The position numbers and the translations under genes were made by a program. A DNA stretch of 64,000 bases from Nemertoderma westbladi (Eukaryota; Animalia; Xenacoelomorpha): contig JAUCBJ010004614.1 in NCBI GenBank assembly GCA_032718475.1, positions 7,797-71,796 of the forward strand, given 5' to 3'. Of this stretch, positions 12,323-25,042 are shown in pieces (position 1 is the stretch's first letter; every line of letters starts with the position of its first letter). Under the pieces are notes generated by a model. The model searched no databases, was not told the origin of the DNA, and worked only from the letters and a program-made list of their open reading frames with translations.

Positions 12323-14084
12323 TAATTTAGGATAATATATTCGCAACATCTGGAGTTTTAGGACATACAGCCATTCTCATTAATAAGACAATACAGTACA
12401 GTATGTATGATGATTAGGCCTATGATGTAACATAATACTGCACCCACCGTAAATATTCCGCCCACATAGCGAAATAACAGCTGTATAATACTTGGGTACA
12501 CCCGGTGTAACTGACAATTTAAATTAAAATGAATCGTTTTCGATTATACCAGTACGCCTAAATGCAACTGCTGTACAAGTATCAAATTATTATTAATATT
12601 ACATACTGTATTATCTTATTGATAATAATTGCTGAAACTCCAGATGTGTCGAATACAGATTATCCTAAATGCAAAACAACATTCCTGATAAATATTCCTA
12701 CTGTACATAAATATATATAAATAATATTCTCAGATGTGGGAGGAGACCGATTAAGGTGTTTAGACCTTTAACAGTTTAACCTGTTATTTTACGTGTCTTA
12801 TATTGTTTGCTAGTCCGTACAAAGTCAGACAACAGTAGAAGACAGTCTTGCGCGGCGTATGACCCATCGTGTGTGGGAGACTGAATTTTGAGACTGAATT
12901 TTGGTTGCGCACAAGACTGTAAATTTTTTTTTATGGCGTTTCGATCACGGGGTCACTGAAAAATAGCGATTCCCCGATTTTAACTCGTCGAGTATGCACC
13001 AACTTTTTTATTTGGGCTATTCAGTCATTTGAGCAACATCTTTGAGCCTCAGAATCTTTTCAAATATCGCCAATCTCGCACAGAACGTCGCAAAAATTTG
13101 TTAGTCCGACAAAAAAACGCACTAATTCGTCTAAAAGAGTAAATTATTGGTTGCAGAATAATATGATTCAACTAGAATAGCCAGCCAGCTGTAGGGCTGT
13201 AAGGAGACCGTCCATATAGACAAACGTAGTGTAGTTGGGTGCCTCATCATTCATTATCATCAACCTATAAAACATTTGAACGGCCTTGGGCTCTATTGGC
13301 CCTGGCTCACTGGAGATGAATTTTCAGTCCACCTACCAACTCGCCCCCACCCCCATCTATATAATCCCTTGGTTTCTCCTATTGGATATTGCTTCTGGCA
13401 AACAATCCCTAAATTGGCTCCCCCTCATTTTGTTAGTTTAGAACGCATAGCGGGGTGAATCCGCTAACACTCCCCCCATGCTATCTTCCCGGTTGGAAGA
13501 TAGCATCCAACGTAAAGTGCGCTCCATTTCTGGGGAATCCGATCTATTATCGGATATGGGATGGGATTAACTTCACCAGGGCCAGTTTCCCAAGCTGGCC
13601 CCACTGGGTCTGATGTTACTACCCAACCTTGGCACTCCTGCGAGCTATGGTGAGCCAAGGTATGCGTCGCGTCTCTATTTAGATGACCGCCTACTCCTCA
13701 CACAATTTTATATTGGGATACCGTAGGATCTGCTCTGTCGGATCCCAACTTCCTCACTCCCCACATATCTCCATAGTCCCATTGGACTCAGCCTCATCCC
13801 CTACTCGCTCCTCATATTGTCCTGGATGTCACAGCTCACTCTTATTGGTTTCCCATAGTCTCACACATGAGGACTTTACACGTGATAAATGGGATCCGTC
13901 TATTGTCTCGTCCTCGTGTTTAGTCAGTAAGTCCCTCCTCCCAATAGCTAGTTGAGAAACGTTATATCTGACATCCGTAGTACGTACTTAATGTTTCTAT
14001 TCTAATAATTTGGAACTTACTTATTGCACTGATTTTATTGCATTACATAAGTTAATTGAAGTAAGTCAGAAATAAAATCTTATT

Positions 14085-15990
14085 AATGGGTGGTGCCTTC
14101 TAGGCACATCGCTGTCAACAACTCTGTATAAATGAAGGATAATAGCTTGCGATGATCTATGTATCTCGATCATCGATCTACAGTATGTATCTCCACGTAC
14201 GGGTTGAATAAACCGCATCGAAAATCTTGGGCCCTCACCCTGGTCGACGTCATTGCACCACCGTTCGCTTCCTCCTCGAACCAATGGAATTTCTGTTCGT
14301 CATACAATGCGTGAATCACAGTGTTTTTTGTAGTGCCTGCAGTAATTGCATCACACACACCTGTGATGTAGCTCCAGGCATGCACCTAGGGTGTGGCTCG
14401 TCTCATGGCAATATGTGCACTTCGTTCCCGCTACAAAATGATATAAACAGTTTTTCCTCAATTGTGTCTGCCTCCCACAATAACAGCACTCGTATATTTT
14501 CGTGTGCATCCTGAACTGGTCCTTTTGCGTGCTGGAACGCTTGGTTCTGAAACATTTGGTATGTAAATATATCCACAGCCCTGTTACAGCCCAAGTAAAT
14601 TTCCATCTCTCTCCTCGGCGGTACCTCACCGAATACCATCTGCTGTGCCATACCTAGTTGCTCCCCCAACATGATCGTAGCCGCTGGCAAGTCATGAGCC
14701 GATTTGTGCGCCCAAGCCTAACCGCTTTGTACGTCCCAGAATTCCTTCACTGCACTGGCTGTCAAATCCCTCCAATCGGTGTCCGTTTGTCCCAGCATCT
14801 TGTTCGTTGGCATTTCCCCAAACTCATTCTCATCAATATTCTCAATCGGTGGCATCTCCCCGAACCCACCTTCTTCCATCCTCTCCCCTGGGGGGGGGGG
14901 GGGGGGGGCGGTGGTGGTTCCAGGCCTGGTATCGATGCATTCTCCGCTCCCATTTCCTTGTATTTCTCTTCGAGCCAGCTCCTGCCTGAAATCATCTGCG
15001 CCTCCTCCGGATAACTCACCATCCACCTTTCTCCCTCGTGATACTGATACTCGCTTGACACATCCGAGTTCCACTCCAACTTGTCGAGGTTCTGCTCACC
15101 AAACTCACATCCTCTACCCATTCTGTTCCCCCGGGACCCTTCTCTCCCTCCTGGCTGCCTCTTCCCCCCTCCATATCTCCTCCCACTCCATCTCCTCCTT
15201 TGCCAAATTCTGGCCAGGTGTGTCTACATTCATGTCCACAAGATGTCGGCTATTCTAGTATACTGACTCGCCCTTTCGCCCCAGCTGGTCTTCTAGACTG
15301 CCGAGAGCTACATTCAAAGCTCTCCTGTTGTGGTGCAGTGGTGATCCTCCAAGTAGAAATGCCGTTGGTTGTTTATCAATGACCACTGTCATGAACAGGT
15401 TTAGCAACCCGATCATCAACCAGTCCAACTGTAGAATTTACCTCTTCTGGTACAACCGAATGGTACCCATCCGGAAGTAGTACAAATCGTCTTGTCTTGG
15501 CCTCATGTCCCACTTCAACAACCACAGTGTGCCCATAGTGTCCCCATTGCACCATGCAGTAGTGTCCCCTGTTCTCACCAATCCCAACCCCTACGGCTTT
15601 GTCATAGCCATATAGACTACTTCATATACATTGACGTCACTATTTGACTTCTCCTTAACCAGTTGCTGCATGGACTCTGGCAAACGATCTAGTTGGGGCC
15701 CCTCCCTTGTCTCGTATGTGCCCAAGTCAAACAGAAGAATGTCTCCGTTCAGTGCCGCCATATGTAGCAGTATGGTCTTTACTGGTCCCATTGGGAACTT
15801 GCTCAGGTACTCGTACTCCTCCATAGGCGCGACGGCGTCCCGTATGTTCTCACCAGCCAACGTCCCTGCATTGCTCGATAGTGATCCTGAAGCATCTATG
15901 CATTCACGCTCTTAAGAAGTTGCTAGTGTAGTACTTCCTGGTATTCTCTTCCGGCTTCCTCCACATCAGTTTTAATCAGCTCTCTGACAT
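14085..15990 (-). pseudogene. Fragmented long ORF of unknown function inside the LTR remnant
   Basis: Successive minus-strand ORF pieces (15591-15860, 14718-15121, 14403-14690, 14170-14385) with protein-like composition, broken by stops and frameshifts; no recognisable gag/pol motif. Confidence 0.4.
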
Positions 15991-16453
15991 GGCGTACCCT
16001 CTCTTTTTAGTCTAATTTCTACAATTTCGCCTGAATTAAGTTACAGTTACGTGATTTACTACCCTAATTAGATAGTTTGTCTGTTACCTTTATTCTAAAA
16101 TTTTCATTTTCTAGTCGCTACCTTTTCATCACATCAATAATTATTGATAATAATTATAATTATTATTATTCTACATTTTTCATTACTTATTAAGCAACGC
16201 TTCATTAATTACCTTATAGGTAATTCCACACTACCTATTGTATTCATCAGAAAAGACTAGCTACAATTACTTTCTATAGCCTATTATTATACTAGCTCTC
16301 CTCCAGACAGCGTCCTGGGTCCATAAGAATACTGTACAGGTCTGTATCCCCAAGGCTATGTATTATAGCAATCTAGCTTGTATGGCCAGCACCATCAGCC
16401 CACTATATCTACAGTACATATCCCCTCTAATTCCTCACGTGGCGCCCTCCATG

Positions 16454-16945
16454 CCATACTACTACTACTTGATCGGCATGCTGCATTGCAGCTGCATTTT
16501 TAAGAATGCTGTGCCGGTTTGTCGACAAAATTGCACCGCCACAATTCCCTATCACCCATGACATTTGCTAGATCATCCGCGCATCTTCAAGGCCAGTGTC
16601 CTTTAAGATGCGTCTCAAGAAAGTCATGGGCTCTCCACCATGCTTATTCACTCCATGAGGCTGCCAAAGCACAAGATTATGCACTGCCTGGTCCTCACGG
16701 CGAAAGCAATGTCCTGCAAAGCGGAGGCGACTTTGTTCTAGTGTCAAGCTTGGGGGAACCAATGAGACAGCTCCAATATTAATTAGTGTCTGGTTGGAGA
16801 TGTGTGCATTAAACTTGTCACAATGAACCCGGCGTAGCATTCTTGTGAATGTGCCATCCAAAGATTTGGTGTCCTCAGTAGTTAGAGCCCAGCATGGACT
16901 CCCATAGAGGAGTACTGGAACTACCCAGTGAAAAGTGCGCAAGCG
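16454..16945 (-). mobile_element. RTE-clade LINE 3' fragment
   Basis: VVPVLLYGSPCWALT...LDGTFTRMLRR...RLRFAGHCFR, typical post-RT RTE sequence; (GTA)n tail; same family at 60830-61330. Confidence 0.85.
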
Positions 16946-17444
16946 TATCGCAAGCGTGCAACGCAGGCGTATCTGATGTGATTCCCAAGAGTTATGGCCC
17001 GACCTTTACGCAAGCGATCTACTTGAGTTATGTCACATAGATATCGCAACAACTGCGTTAAGTCGCATAAAAATCACAACAACTTGCGTTCAGTCGCATA
17101 AAACTCACATGTGATTCACTTGCGACTTTCAAGCGTCATGACGCATAAATATTGCAAAAATCTACTGGTTGTGATTTTTGTGTAATATATATTAAGACCT
17201 TTGTGACAGTAAGTATGATACAGTAGTTGATTATTCCACTACTGTTTGATACTATGGGCTTCCATATATAATCGAGTGATAATTGTGATAATAGTGATAA
17301 TAATAGAGTGTTAGGTTGCCCTTCTTGGGAACTGGCACCAAATTATTTGTTTTCATTTCTTGTGGGACTCTTGTTGTTCTGTACATGTCTACTACAGTAT
17401 GATGGGATAGATGAGCTTTAAACACTCAGGTAAACACTCCATGT

Positions 17445-17675
17445 CCACAATACAGTAGTATGTATGTACTAGTATTTAAAATCTGATCCTATATATAAAC
17501 TTGATACTATTGATCCAGCTTCCCATAGAACACTATCTACGGGATAGTATGTATGTACTCTACTAATCATAAGTTTGATCCTAATGTTCCGGCCTCCCGT
17601 AGTACACTCTATCTATGGGACAGTACGTTATGTACTCTACTAATCATAAGTTTGATCCTAATGTTCCAGCCTCCC
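17445..17675. repeat. Short tandem repeat, about 75-80-bp unit, roughly 3 copies
   Basis: Recurring tatgtactctactaatcataagtttgatcctaatgttcc.gcctccc. Confidence 0.7.
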
Positions 17676-18790
17676 ATTCGGTTGCGTCCTTCCCGCTAGG
17701 GGTTCGCAGCGGACGACTTCCCCTCTCGGAACCCTCTGGGGTGTGTCACCGAGTCCGCTAATCGTCGTTGTCGCTTGGCTTCATTTTCCACTAGGGTAGT
17801 TTCCACTTTGACGGAATCCGGTGTTGGCCTCGGGATCCCGACCATTCGACTTTGTGAATGTGTTACCTACGCGCTGCCGTGGCTTGTACCTTTTAATGGA
17901 TTGAGTGGCCGTGGCCGAAGGCCTGATAAAAATAACAGTCTGCTTTTGGTGCAAGTATTAATGTCCAAATGTTGATTTCACGTTTCACCAGGCTGTTATT
18001 AGGCCTACTGTAATAAGGTGCCTAGCGAAGCGGTGGAAACTATTCACCTACAACCGTCAGATAAATGGCTAACTTGTTAATGATGAGCGCATGTTGGTTT
18101 ATATATATATATATATTGTTTATTGACAATCGGTATAAGATATGTAAATAGATACAAACACCGCTCATCCCTTGGAGAACCAAAAGTCCAAATTGCACAG
18201 GCACAAGTGAAACTGAAACTACAGAGTAGGCCTATTCGTGAAACAATAAATAAATGTCATTTATGAAATACACAACTACAATACAAAAAAAACAACTGTA
18301 AATAAATAAGTCATGGGCAAAACAACAAGAGTACATATGAAAACAATACCTCAATGTCATTAATTAAATAAACAAGAAACTATAACTAAATATGTCTGGG
18401 CAAAGCACAAAGGGTACATAGGAAACTATAATTAAATGTCATTAATGAAATATGCGAGAGACAATAAGTAAATAAGTCATGGGCAAAAACACAAGTAAGC
18501 TTGGTAAACTTGGGGCCTACGCACCATCATAGTGGCCTTCGGATTGATACCCTAACCCTCCCATTGGTTGCCTTATATCACCACCCCCTACAGTATACAG
18601 CTGCTCCCTTGGGCTGTATTGGCCCTGGCTCACTGGAGGTGGATCCCCCATTTTGTTGGTTTAGAGCGCATAGTGGAGTGACTCCGCTAACATGTTTCTG
18701 GTTATTTTAATAGGTAATATGCAAAAGTGCGAATAGATAACAATGATCTGACCGGTGCGCAACAACTGGTATCATTGGGATTTTTGTCCG

Positions 18791-18855
18791 GGGGAAGTCT
18801 AGCCTAGTTAGGTAATCCTGTTTGCTATTCTGAAGAGGGAAAAAACAACCCCCCA
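18791..18855 (-). repeat. Split direct repeat B2 (copy B1 at 19497-19561)
   Basis: Identical ggggaagtctagcctagttaggtaatcctgtttgctattctgaagagggaaaaaacaacccccca at both sites. Confidence 0.9.
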
Positions 18856-18949
18856 GGTGGGCAGACAAGATAGGAAACTAGGTAAGACCAGAAAACGCGT
18901 GCTGTCTAAGATCGTTCATCTACGGCCAATCGCAAGGCCGGAAGAGGGT

Positions 18950-19404
18950 AAAAAAATTTTTTTTAGAATGCTATCCAAATATTTCTCCCTTGGTGAAAAT
19001 ATTAACAAACAATAAGTCAGTATAATATTTATAGTATTATGCAATGTTGGAATGAACGTTTCAGTGAACCCAATATTTGTCAATATATGGTGAGCAGTCA
19101 GCTCCATCACTTACACTGCTAGTAACCTACCTGCACCTTGAAGCTCTGATAGGACGTTGCCTTAGCAACGATATTCTGGCTTTGGGCTTTGCTGCCCAGA
19201 GTGATTTACAAACCTGGTTGTTCCTATAGACCATATGCTGATACACAACCTCCAAGGGAGGGGAAATGGCTCTGGTCCAGGTTGATATACGAGTCTGGTT
19301 ATTCCTGCCGAGCAAATGCTAATACACACACACCCTCCAAGGAAGGGAAAATAGTCACATAGGATGTCGCTGCAAAACCAATTACCTTTGTCAATTGGGT
19401 ATTA
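18950..19404 (-). repeat. Split direct repeat A2 (copy A1 at 52798-53251)
   Basis: About 455 bp, differing from A1 by only a few substitutions and small indels. Confidence 0.92.
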
Positions 19405-19889
19405 CAGCGATCTCCTGTGGAAATACATATATAGTGATATAATGCAAACGTTGTCGTTATGCACCATTGTCTGTCGAATTGCTCGCGTTCGTGTTTGGGG
19501 AAGTCTAGCCTAGTTAGGTAATCCTGTTTGCTATTCTGAAGAGGGAAAAAACAACCCCCCAAAGAAACCCCCAATCAGAATGGCAGAAGGTGGATATACG
19601 GAAATGCACTGATCAAGTACCACTTCCTATGCCTATTTCAACCATGAAAACAAAAAATAAATTGAGGTACTATTAATTATTATTATTCTTACCAATTGAG
19701 ATGGCGATTTTGGTTTCTAATAGAATAAATTCAGAATCGATATTTTCATGCGTATACAACACATAATGCTGTTGTGTATAGGTAAATTAAGATATAATAT
19801 ATGACTATATATAATTTCGAATAAAGGATATATATAATATCTAATAATAATAGTAATCATATATTATGTTCATGGTCAGTGAACATGTA

Positions 19890-20738
19890 TCAGTTATTGA
19901 TTGAAGATACCATAACGCGTTGAGCATTTATGAGTTCGTAGTCTGATGGCCTTATGTAGGATTCGTAGCAAGAACTTCTCCATCGTCCTAATTTCTTTAT
20001 AGTGTTTGGAGGTATACCAACCTTGGAGGCAGTGGTGGCCATCCCAGAACGAAAACTATGGCTGGAGTAACCCTGTCCCATTATTTTACGTAAAACACCA
20101 TTAATGTGGTGGGCTTGAACTGATTCACCTGTTGACCAAATAAAAAGTGGGGATATGTTTGGGCCGCATTGATCTCTGAACTGTAGGTATATCTTCAGGC
20201 GATTATGTGGGCACAATGGTCCACCCACCTTAGCAATGGGAAACTTTAGAGCTGAACGTGATGTCAAATTAACATATTCTGACACTCTCATGCCACCGAA
20301 GAAAGCCATTGTAAAAATGGCCTTCATCATTTGTATATCAAGCAAACGGTTGTTGTAAAATTGTGGTAAGGATTGCATTAATAAGTGTAGATCGGCTGCC
20401 ATTATAGGCCGGGCAACAGATGGAGCTCCATTGGCTCTTTCGCATCCTCGTATAATATGTTGTAGCCGTCCCATATTTATATCTGATGAGCATTCTATGT
20501 TCATTAAAGTACTCATTATACCTGCTAGGTACATCCGTATAGATGATGCCCGCAGACCACTATAGTGAGACATAAGAATAAATGTTTCCAGAGTTCTTTG
20601 ACAAACATGAGTATGTGCTTTTCCTGCGATTCTGCAGAATAGTTTGTACTTATACCATGCTAATATATACTTCTTTTGGGTATTATGACTAAAACTATCA
20701 ACAACAAGCTGATTTATTAAGGATTGGTGAATTTCCAT
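19890..20738 (-). CDS. Tyrosine recombinase of the DIRS/Ngaro element
   Basis: AFFGGMRVSE (Arg), YSSHSFRSGMAT (HxxR), LGRWRS..Y..YIR (Trp, Tyr); N-terminal binding domain; region after the first Arg looks shortened. Confidence 0.93.
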   Translation of the reverse strand: MEIHQSLINQLVVDSFSHNTQKKYILAWYKYKLFCRIAGKAHTHVCQRTLETFILMSHYSGLRASSIRMYLAGIMSTLMNIECSSDINMGRLQHIIRGCERANGAPSVARPIMAADLHLLMQSLPQFYNNRLLDIQMMKAIFTMAFFGGMRVSEYVNLTSRSALKFPIAKVGGPLCPHNRLKIYLQFRDQCGPNISPLFIWSTGESVQAHHINGVLRKIMGQGYSSHSFRSGMATTASKVGIPPNTIKKLGRWRSSCYESYIRPSDYELINAQRVMVSSINN

Positions 20739-20878
20739 GGTGATGGATGTTTCATATGGCTGGTAGACAATATATATATAAACTATTTATAGTTTAGTTC
20801 GTAAACTACTTAATAACATATGCTATTTTTTATAGATGCGATTATATATATTTAAACAGTTTTAGGCTTGTGGATAAA

Positions 20879-22031
20879 CTATCCTTGCTGAATAAATTGG
20901 TTTCCTAAGGCTTTTTTAGGCAGCGATTTTACAATCGGGACCCTCTCCCTAACATTGTTGATATTATTGTCCTCTTCATTATCGTACCGAAGTCGATGTC
21001 GGAACCTATTGTCATTTGTACCTCTTCTAACATCGTCTGAGTCATCCTGATATCTCCTCTTGAAGTTTGATTCAGAATCCTCTCGGTTTTTGGATTTGCA
21101 ATCAGGGCGATAATGACCCTCACGGTGACACCCGTGGCAGAAAACTCCCCTCTTGAAGTTGCTCTGGTTTGTTTTCCTTGGTGACGTCATAAATGCCTCT
21201 GCTGGCAAACATGAGCCTAAATGCTGCTTGTCGCAGTTTCGACATCATGTAGTCTGATCGCATGGGATGGCGAATAGTTGGTGGTCGCTCCCATCCTCCC
21301 TGATTGGTTTCAACATAGAGACGATGGTCTTTGTCAACCTTGAGTAAAAACCCAAGTGAATATAATGGGGCTATCTCGAGCATGTTCCGATAATAAGTCC
21401 ATATCTTTGGTGCTTCTTCTGGATAGAAGGCACTCTTATAACTAGCAAGTAGGGCTAAGCAGTTCAACATTCCCCCTGTGGATTCTACTTCTGCGTTTTT
21501 CCCATATTTCCCATTCAGCTCTTGCCGTTCAGCCAGTTCAGTTAGAGGGATATATCGGTACTGCAAGCGAAGTTGATCCACCGTGTCCCTTTCAAGTGGT
21601 CGTGTTGATGACAATACCCCAGGCACTTCCTTGTCCGATCGTGTTTCTTGGCGTTTGTTTCCTTTCGATTGTGTTATCCCATCCATAGAATAATTTTGTT
21701 GAGCCTTCAACAAAACTCCTACAAACTTCTCCATGAATGTAATTTCATGTTCTTGGGCTGTCTCAGGTTGTATGTGTGGCTCAGGGGATGTTGCTCTGAC
21801 CGGAATAAAAAGAATAAAATCCTTATTGATGGCTTTATTTAATTTGTATACTACACCAGAGAATGTCACCTGCTCACCATGATGCAACACCAGATATTGT
21901 GATGCACTACTTGGGGCTTCTGTGCCCTCCCAGATGGGACCCTCGGTTGACAGTTGTAATCTCAACCATGAGTTGTTTTCGCCTCTATATGCAATAGTGC
22001 CAATGGTATAATTTATCTCTGGAACTGACAT
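20879..22031 (-). pseudogene. Gag-like ORF of the YR element, frameshifted near 21210
   Basis: Y....YPEEAPKIWTYYRNMLEIA..Y......VDKDHR.......W resembles the conserved DIRS/Ngaro gag core; CHGCHREGHYRPDC is a CX2CX4HX4C knuckle in the adjacent frame. Confidence 0.72.
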
Positions 22032-22267
22032 GATGTTGTAGATTTTATATACTTATTGAAAACAAATTTACTTATCTATGCATGATATTTTACCATGAAC
22101 CATGATACCGCTAAATGTTAAGATATATTGTTGACTGTGAAACGATGATCACCTTGGGATAGCTATAGTTTTCATTTGGTATAAAGTATGAAAAAAAAAT
22201 ATTTATATGAAATAAATAAAATACATTGTCTTACTTGTGGACATTGTAGCATTGTCTATGTTTATTT

Positions 22268-23626
22268 TTATACTGGATTGAAAATGGCTTGTTTGATTTC
22301 GGACCATTGGTCAAGAACAGGAGTTGGGTCTCCATTCATTTTTGGAAACAAAGCTTTGAATTTGCTGATCCTGAGACGGCTCAAGAGATCTGGACCAATG
22401 TTGTCATGTCCTGGGATGTGCTGGCAGAATACCATTATTCCGTATTCTGTGCAAGTGTGGAGAAGTAGGCGAATCAGTGTCATCTGCACTGGCTTATTGG
22501 AAGTTCCCTTTGCAAATGCATGTATGCTGGTCTCAATGTCACTATAAATTAGTAGCCTTGAACCACCAAAATATCGCCCATATACTTTAACTGCGAGTAG
22601 TATAGCCGCTGACTCTTTTGCTGCTACTGATAATTGATTGTTAGTCATCTGTTCTGGTAGCCGTACTGAGAACCAGTCTTCATTACAAATACCTCCCAAA
22701 CCAAACCCAGATGCATCTGTTGACGGGGTGTGTTGGCTAGGAGTCAGCATGGTTGGGTTTTGTAAAGGTGCTTGATAGTTATGTAATGTGTGTAATGCAA
22801 ATATCCAATATTCCAGGTCGAGGTGCAACTTACCTGGAATGCATATCATCTTTTGATGCTTGGACACTGATATTGCATTAATGAGGCGACGAAGAAATGT
22901 GCGACTAGCACATACTGCTTTAGAGATGAATGATAGTAGCCCAATAAGGCTCTGAAGCTCACGTTTATTTATCATAGTTCCTGATGCCATGTTTTGAAAT
23001 CGGTGAATTTCTGCTAGGGCTGTACCTTGCTTGTCATTTGGCACAAAGAACTTCATTGAAATGGTGTTTATTCAAATCCCGAATACTGTCTGCCTGTGTT
23101 CAGGGGGGAAAGTTTTCTGGGTATTTAGAGGAATGTGATAGTGTTTGAAAATGTCAATTATCAAATTGAAAGTGTATGTGGCCAATTCTGGAATATTAAC
23201 AGTTGTTATAATAAAGTCATCTAGTAAGTGATCAATCTTAGTGATATCTGATAACATTGTTGTTGTGTCTATTTCGAGTTCGAGATATTGGCTAGGAGGA
23301 CATGGAAGGATTGATAATTTGTTAATAATTTTGTCTTTTATTAGAGTACTATAATTTTGAAATATGCGACTTGCTGATCTTAATCCGAATACTAATCTGA
23401 TGCATACAAAAAACATATTTCGCCATTTAATTCCCAGGAGACACCAATCCTTCTTTGAGATTGGGATGATTTTGAAAGCATCTTTGACATCTAATTTTCC
23501 GATTAGAGCATGATTTCCACAGAACATGACACTATCCACGATATCATCTATCGTTGTATATGTCACAGTGGAATCTTCATCAGAAATAAAGCTATTTATT
23601 GTCCCTTTGAGATTGTGTGAGCAGTC
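22268..23626 (-). pseudogene. RT/RNase H of the YR element, C-terminal part (one in-frame TGA at 23072-23074)
   Basis: KLDVKDAFKIIP, LVFGLRSA, HLLDDF, LQSLIGLLSF, STDASGFG, HIPGHDNIGPDLLSR; ORFs 23072..23566 and 22268..23056 are in the same frame. Confidence 0.92.
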
Positions 23627-23631
23627 AACAC

Positions 23632-24491
23632 TATAAAGGACATCGCCCGCCTCCTATCCTAACTAATTTCAAATTTGTCTGTCTGTCTGCATTTGGCTGT
23701 TTGGGTTGGTTTGGGAATTCTAATTATACAGTAAAAGAAAAAGACGAACAATCCAACTGTCTGACGAGTGCAAGGTCCAGGATATAATCCACCTAATCTA
23801 ATTATAACCGAAAAGCTAGGACCTTGACGCTATTCCGGCTAGATAAGGCTTTAGTCCACTACAGTACTGGATGATAGATTGGTAAAAGATAAATATATGA
23901 TAACATAATAATATACTTGCATTTATTTTATTTACAGAGTTAGGTATGGTACCGTTACATTACATATAATAATAAATCAACTAATCTAGGGTATTGATAA
24001 ATGACTAAATAATGACTGAATGAGATTAATATTATCGGGCAGTTAATAATACCGTATACTTCTGTCTGTTCTTTATAAAATAGTTACCGGTCCCGCACTG
24101 TCTTAGGTAATAGTAGGCCCTACAATATTAGGCTATATTACAGGGTATGCAAGCAAAATCTATATCTACGTCTAACTATCTAACCATCTAACATCAGAAT
24201 ATTAGTGGGAAAATCCGCACATGTCAGACATGGTGAGTTGAGACTGCCAGACTGCAGACAGCTTACTGCTGTTGTACTGACTAGCTATTTTACAGCTGTC
24301 AGTCAGACTGTTGACTGCATTCTGGTCACGTGGTCAGCTCACGGTCGATTCTTACTAATTAAATAATGAAAGTAATTATGTATACTGTATTTATTGCTGC
24401 GAACTGAAATGTATTATACTGTAGGTTGATTATTTTATACTTATACTATATTATATTAAAATATTTGAGTTACGAGGAGATGGTGAACACA
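23632..24491 (-). repeat. 3' LTR of the Bel/Pao element
   Basis: Matches 43784-44651 except one 9-bp indel and about four substitutions seen by eye. Confidence 0.96.
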
Positions 24492-25042
24492 CTCCTCCGC
24501 TGAACTGAGTGAAACTTAGTTCAAAAAAAAATCTCATCGTAGCGAATATAAACACGCACCAAAAACTAAAATAATAATGATTGAGCCTTCTGCCTGTTTC
24601 ACTCAAAACGAAAATAATGCACCTCATTAATAAAGTACAAATAGTAATACAAACAGTAATAATAGATAACTTCAGTCTATTCCATATAATGTATGTACGG
24701 CGACCACCACTTTTAAAATTAAACAATCTAAGCACAATCTCAAGGCTAAAAAATATTTTTCGTTACATATTATATAGGGTGTTTCTCCATTACCTATTTC
24801 TTCAAATAAAGTATATTAAAAAATCTAGCATAAAGGGTTCTGTAATAAGTTCACTTTGTGGATTACTAAGACAAAATAATAATAATTCATTATAGAGACC
24901 TCTGGCTCATCAAAATAGTTTCCATACAATTCTGGGTTGACCATAAAGGCGCCACAAAAGTGGGTCAAAAGACATGTTAGTTAAACACAACACTAATAGA
25001 AATAATGATAATTAATAATTTACTTTTATCGTTTTAGGTACA

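Larger units (their letters stand above)
13285..18691 (-). mobile_element. Degenerate non-autonomous LTR-element remnant
   Basis: Two related LTR ends ...CCGCTAACA at 13469 and 18691 sharing cttgggct.tattggccctggctcactggag and cattttgtt.gtttaga.cgcatag; PPT (CTCCCCCC on +) at 13470; probable full LTR 17744-18691 (TGT...ACA). Left boundary and TSD not resolved. Confidence 0.6.

Noticed and set aside
19530-19590. Hammerhead-like CTGAAGA...GAAA in repeat B1
   Set aside because: The CTGA is itself paired in the stem, and no stem III or cleavage-site geometry could be built.
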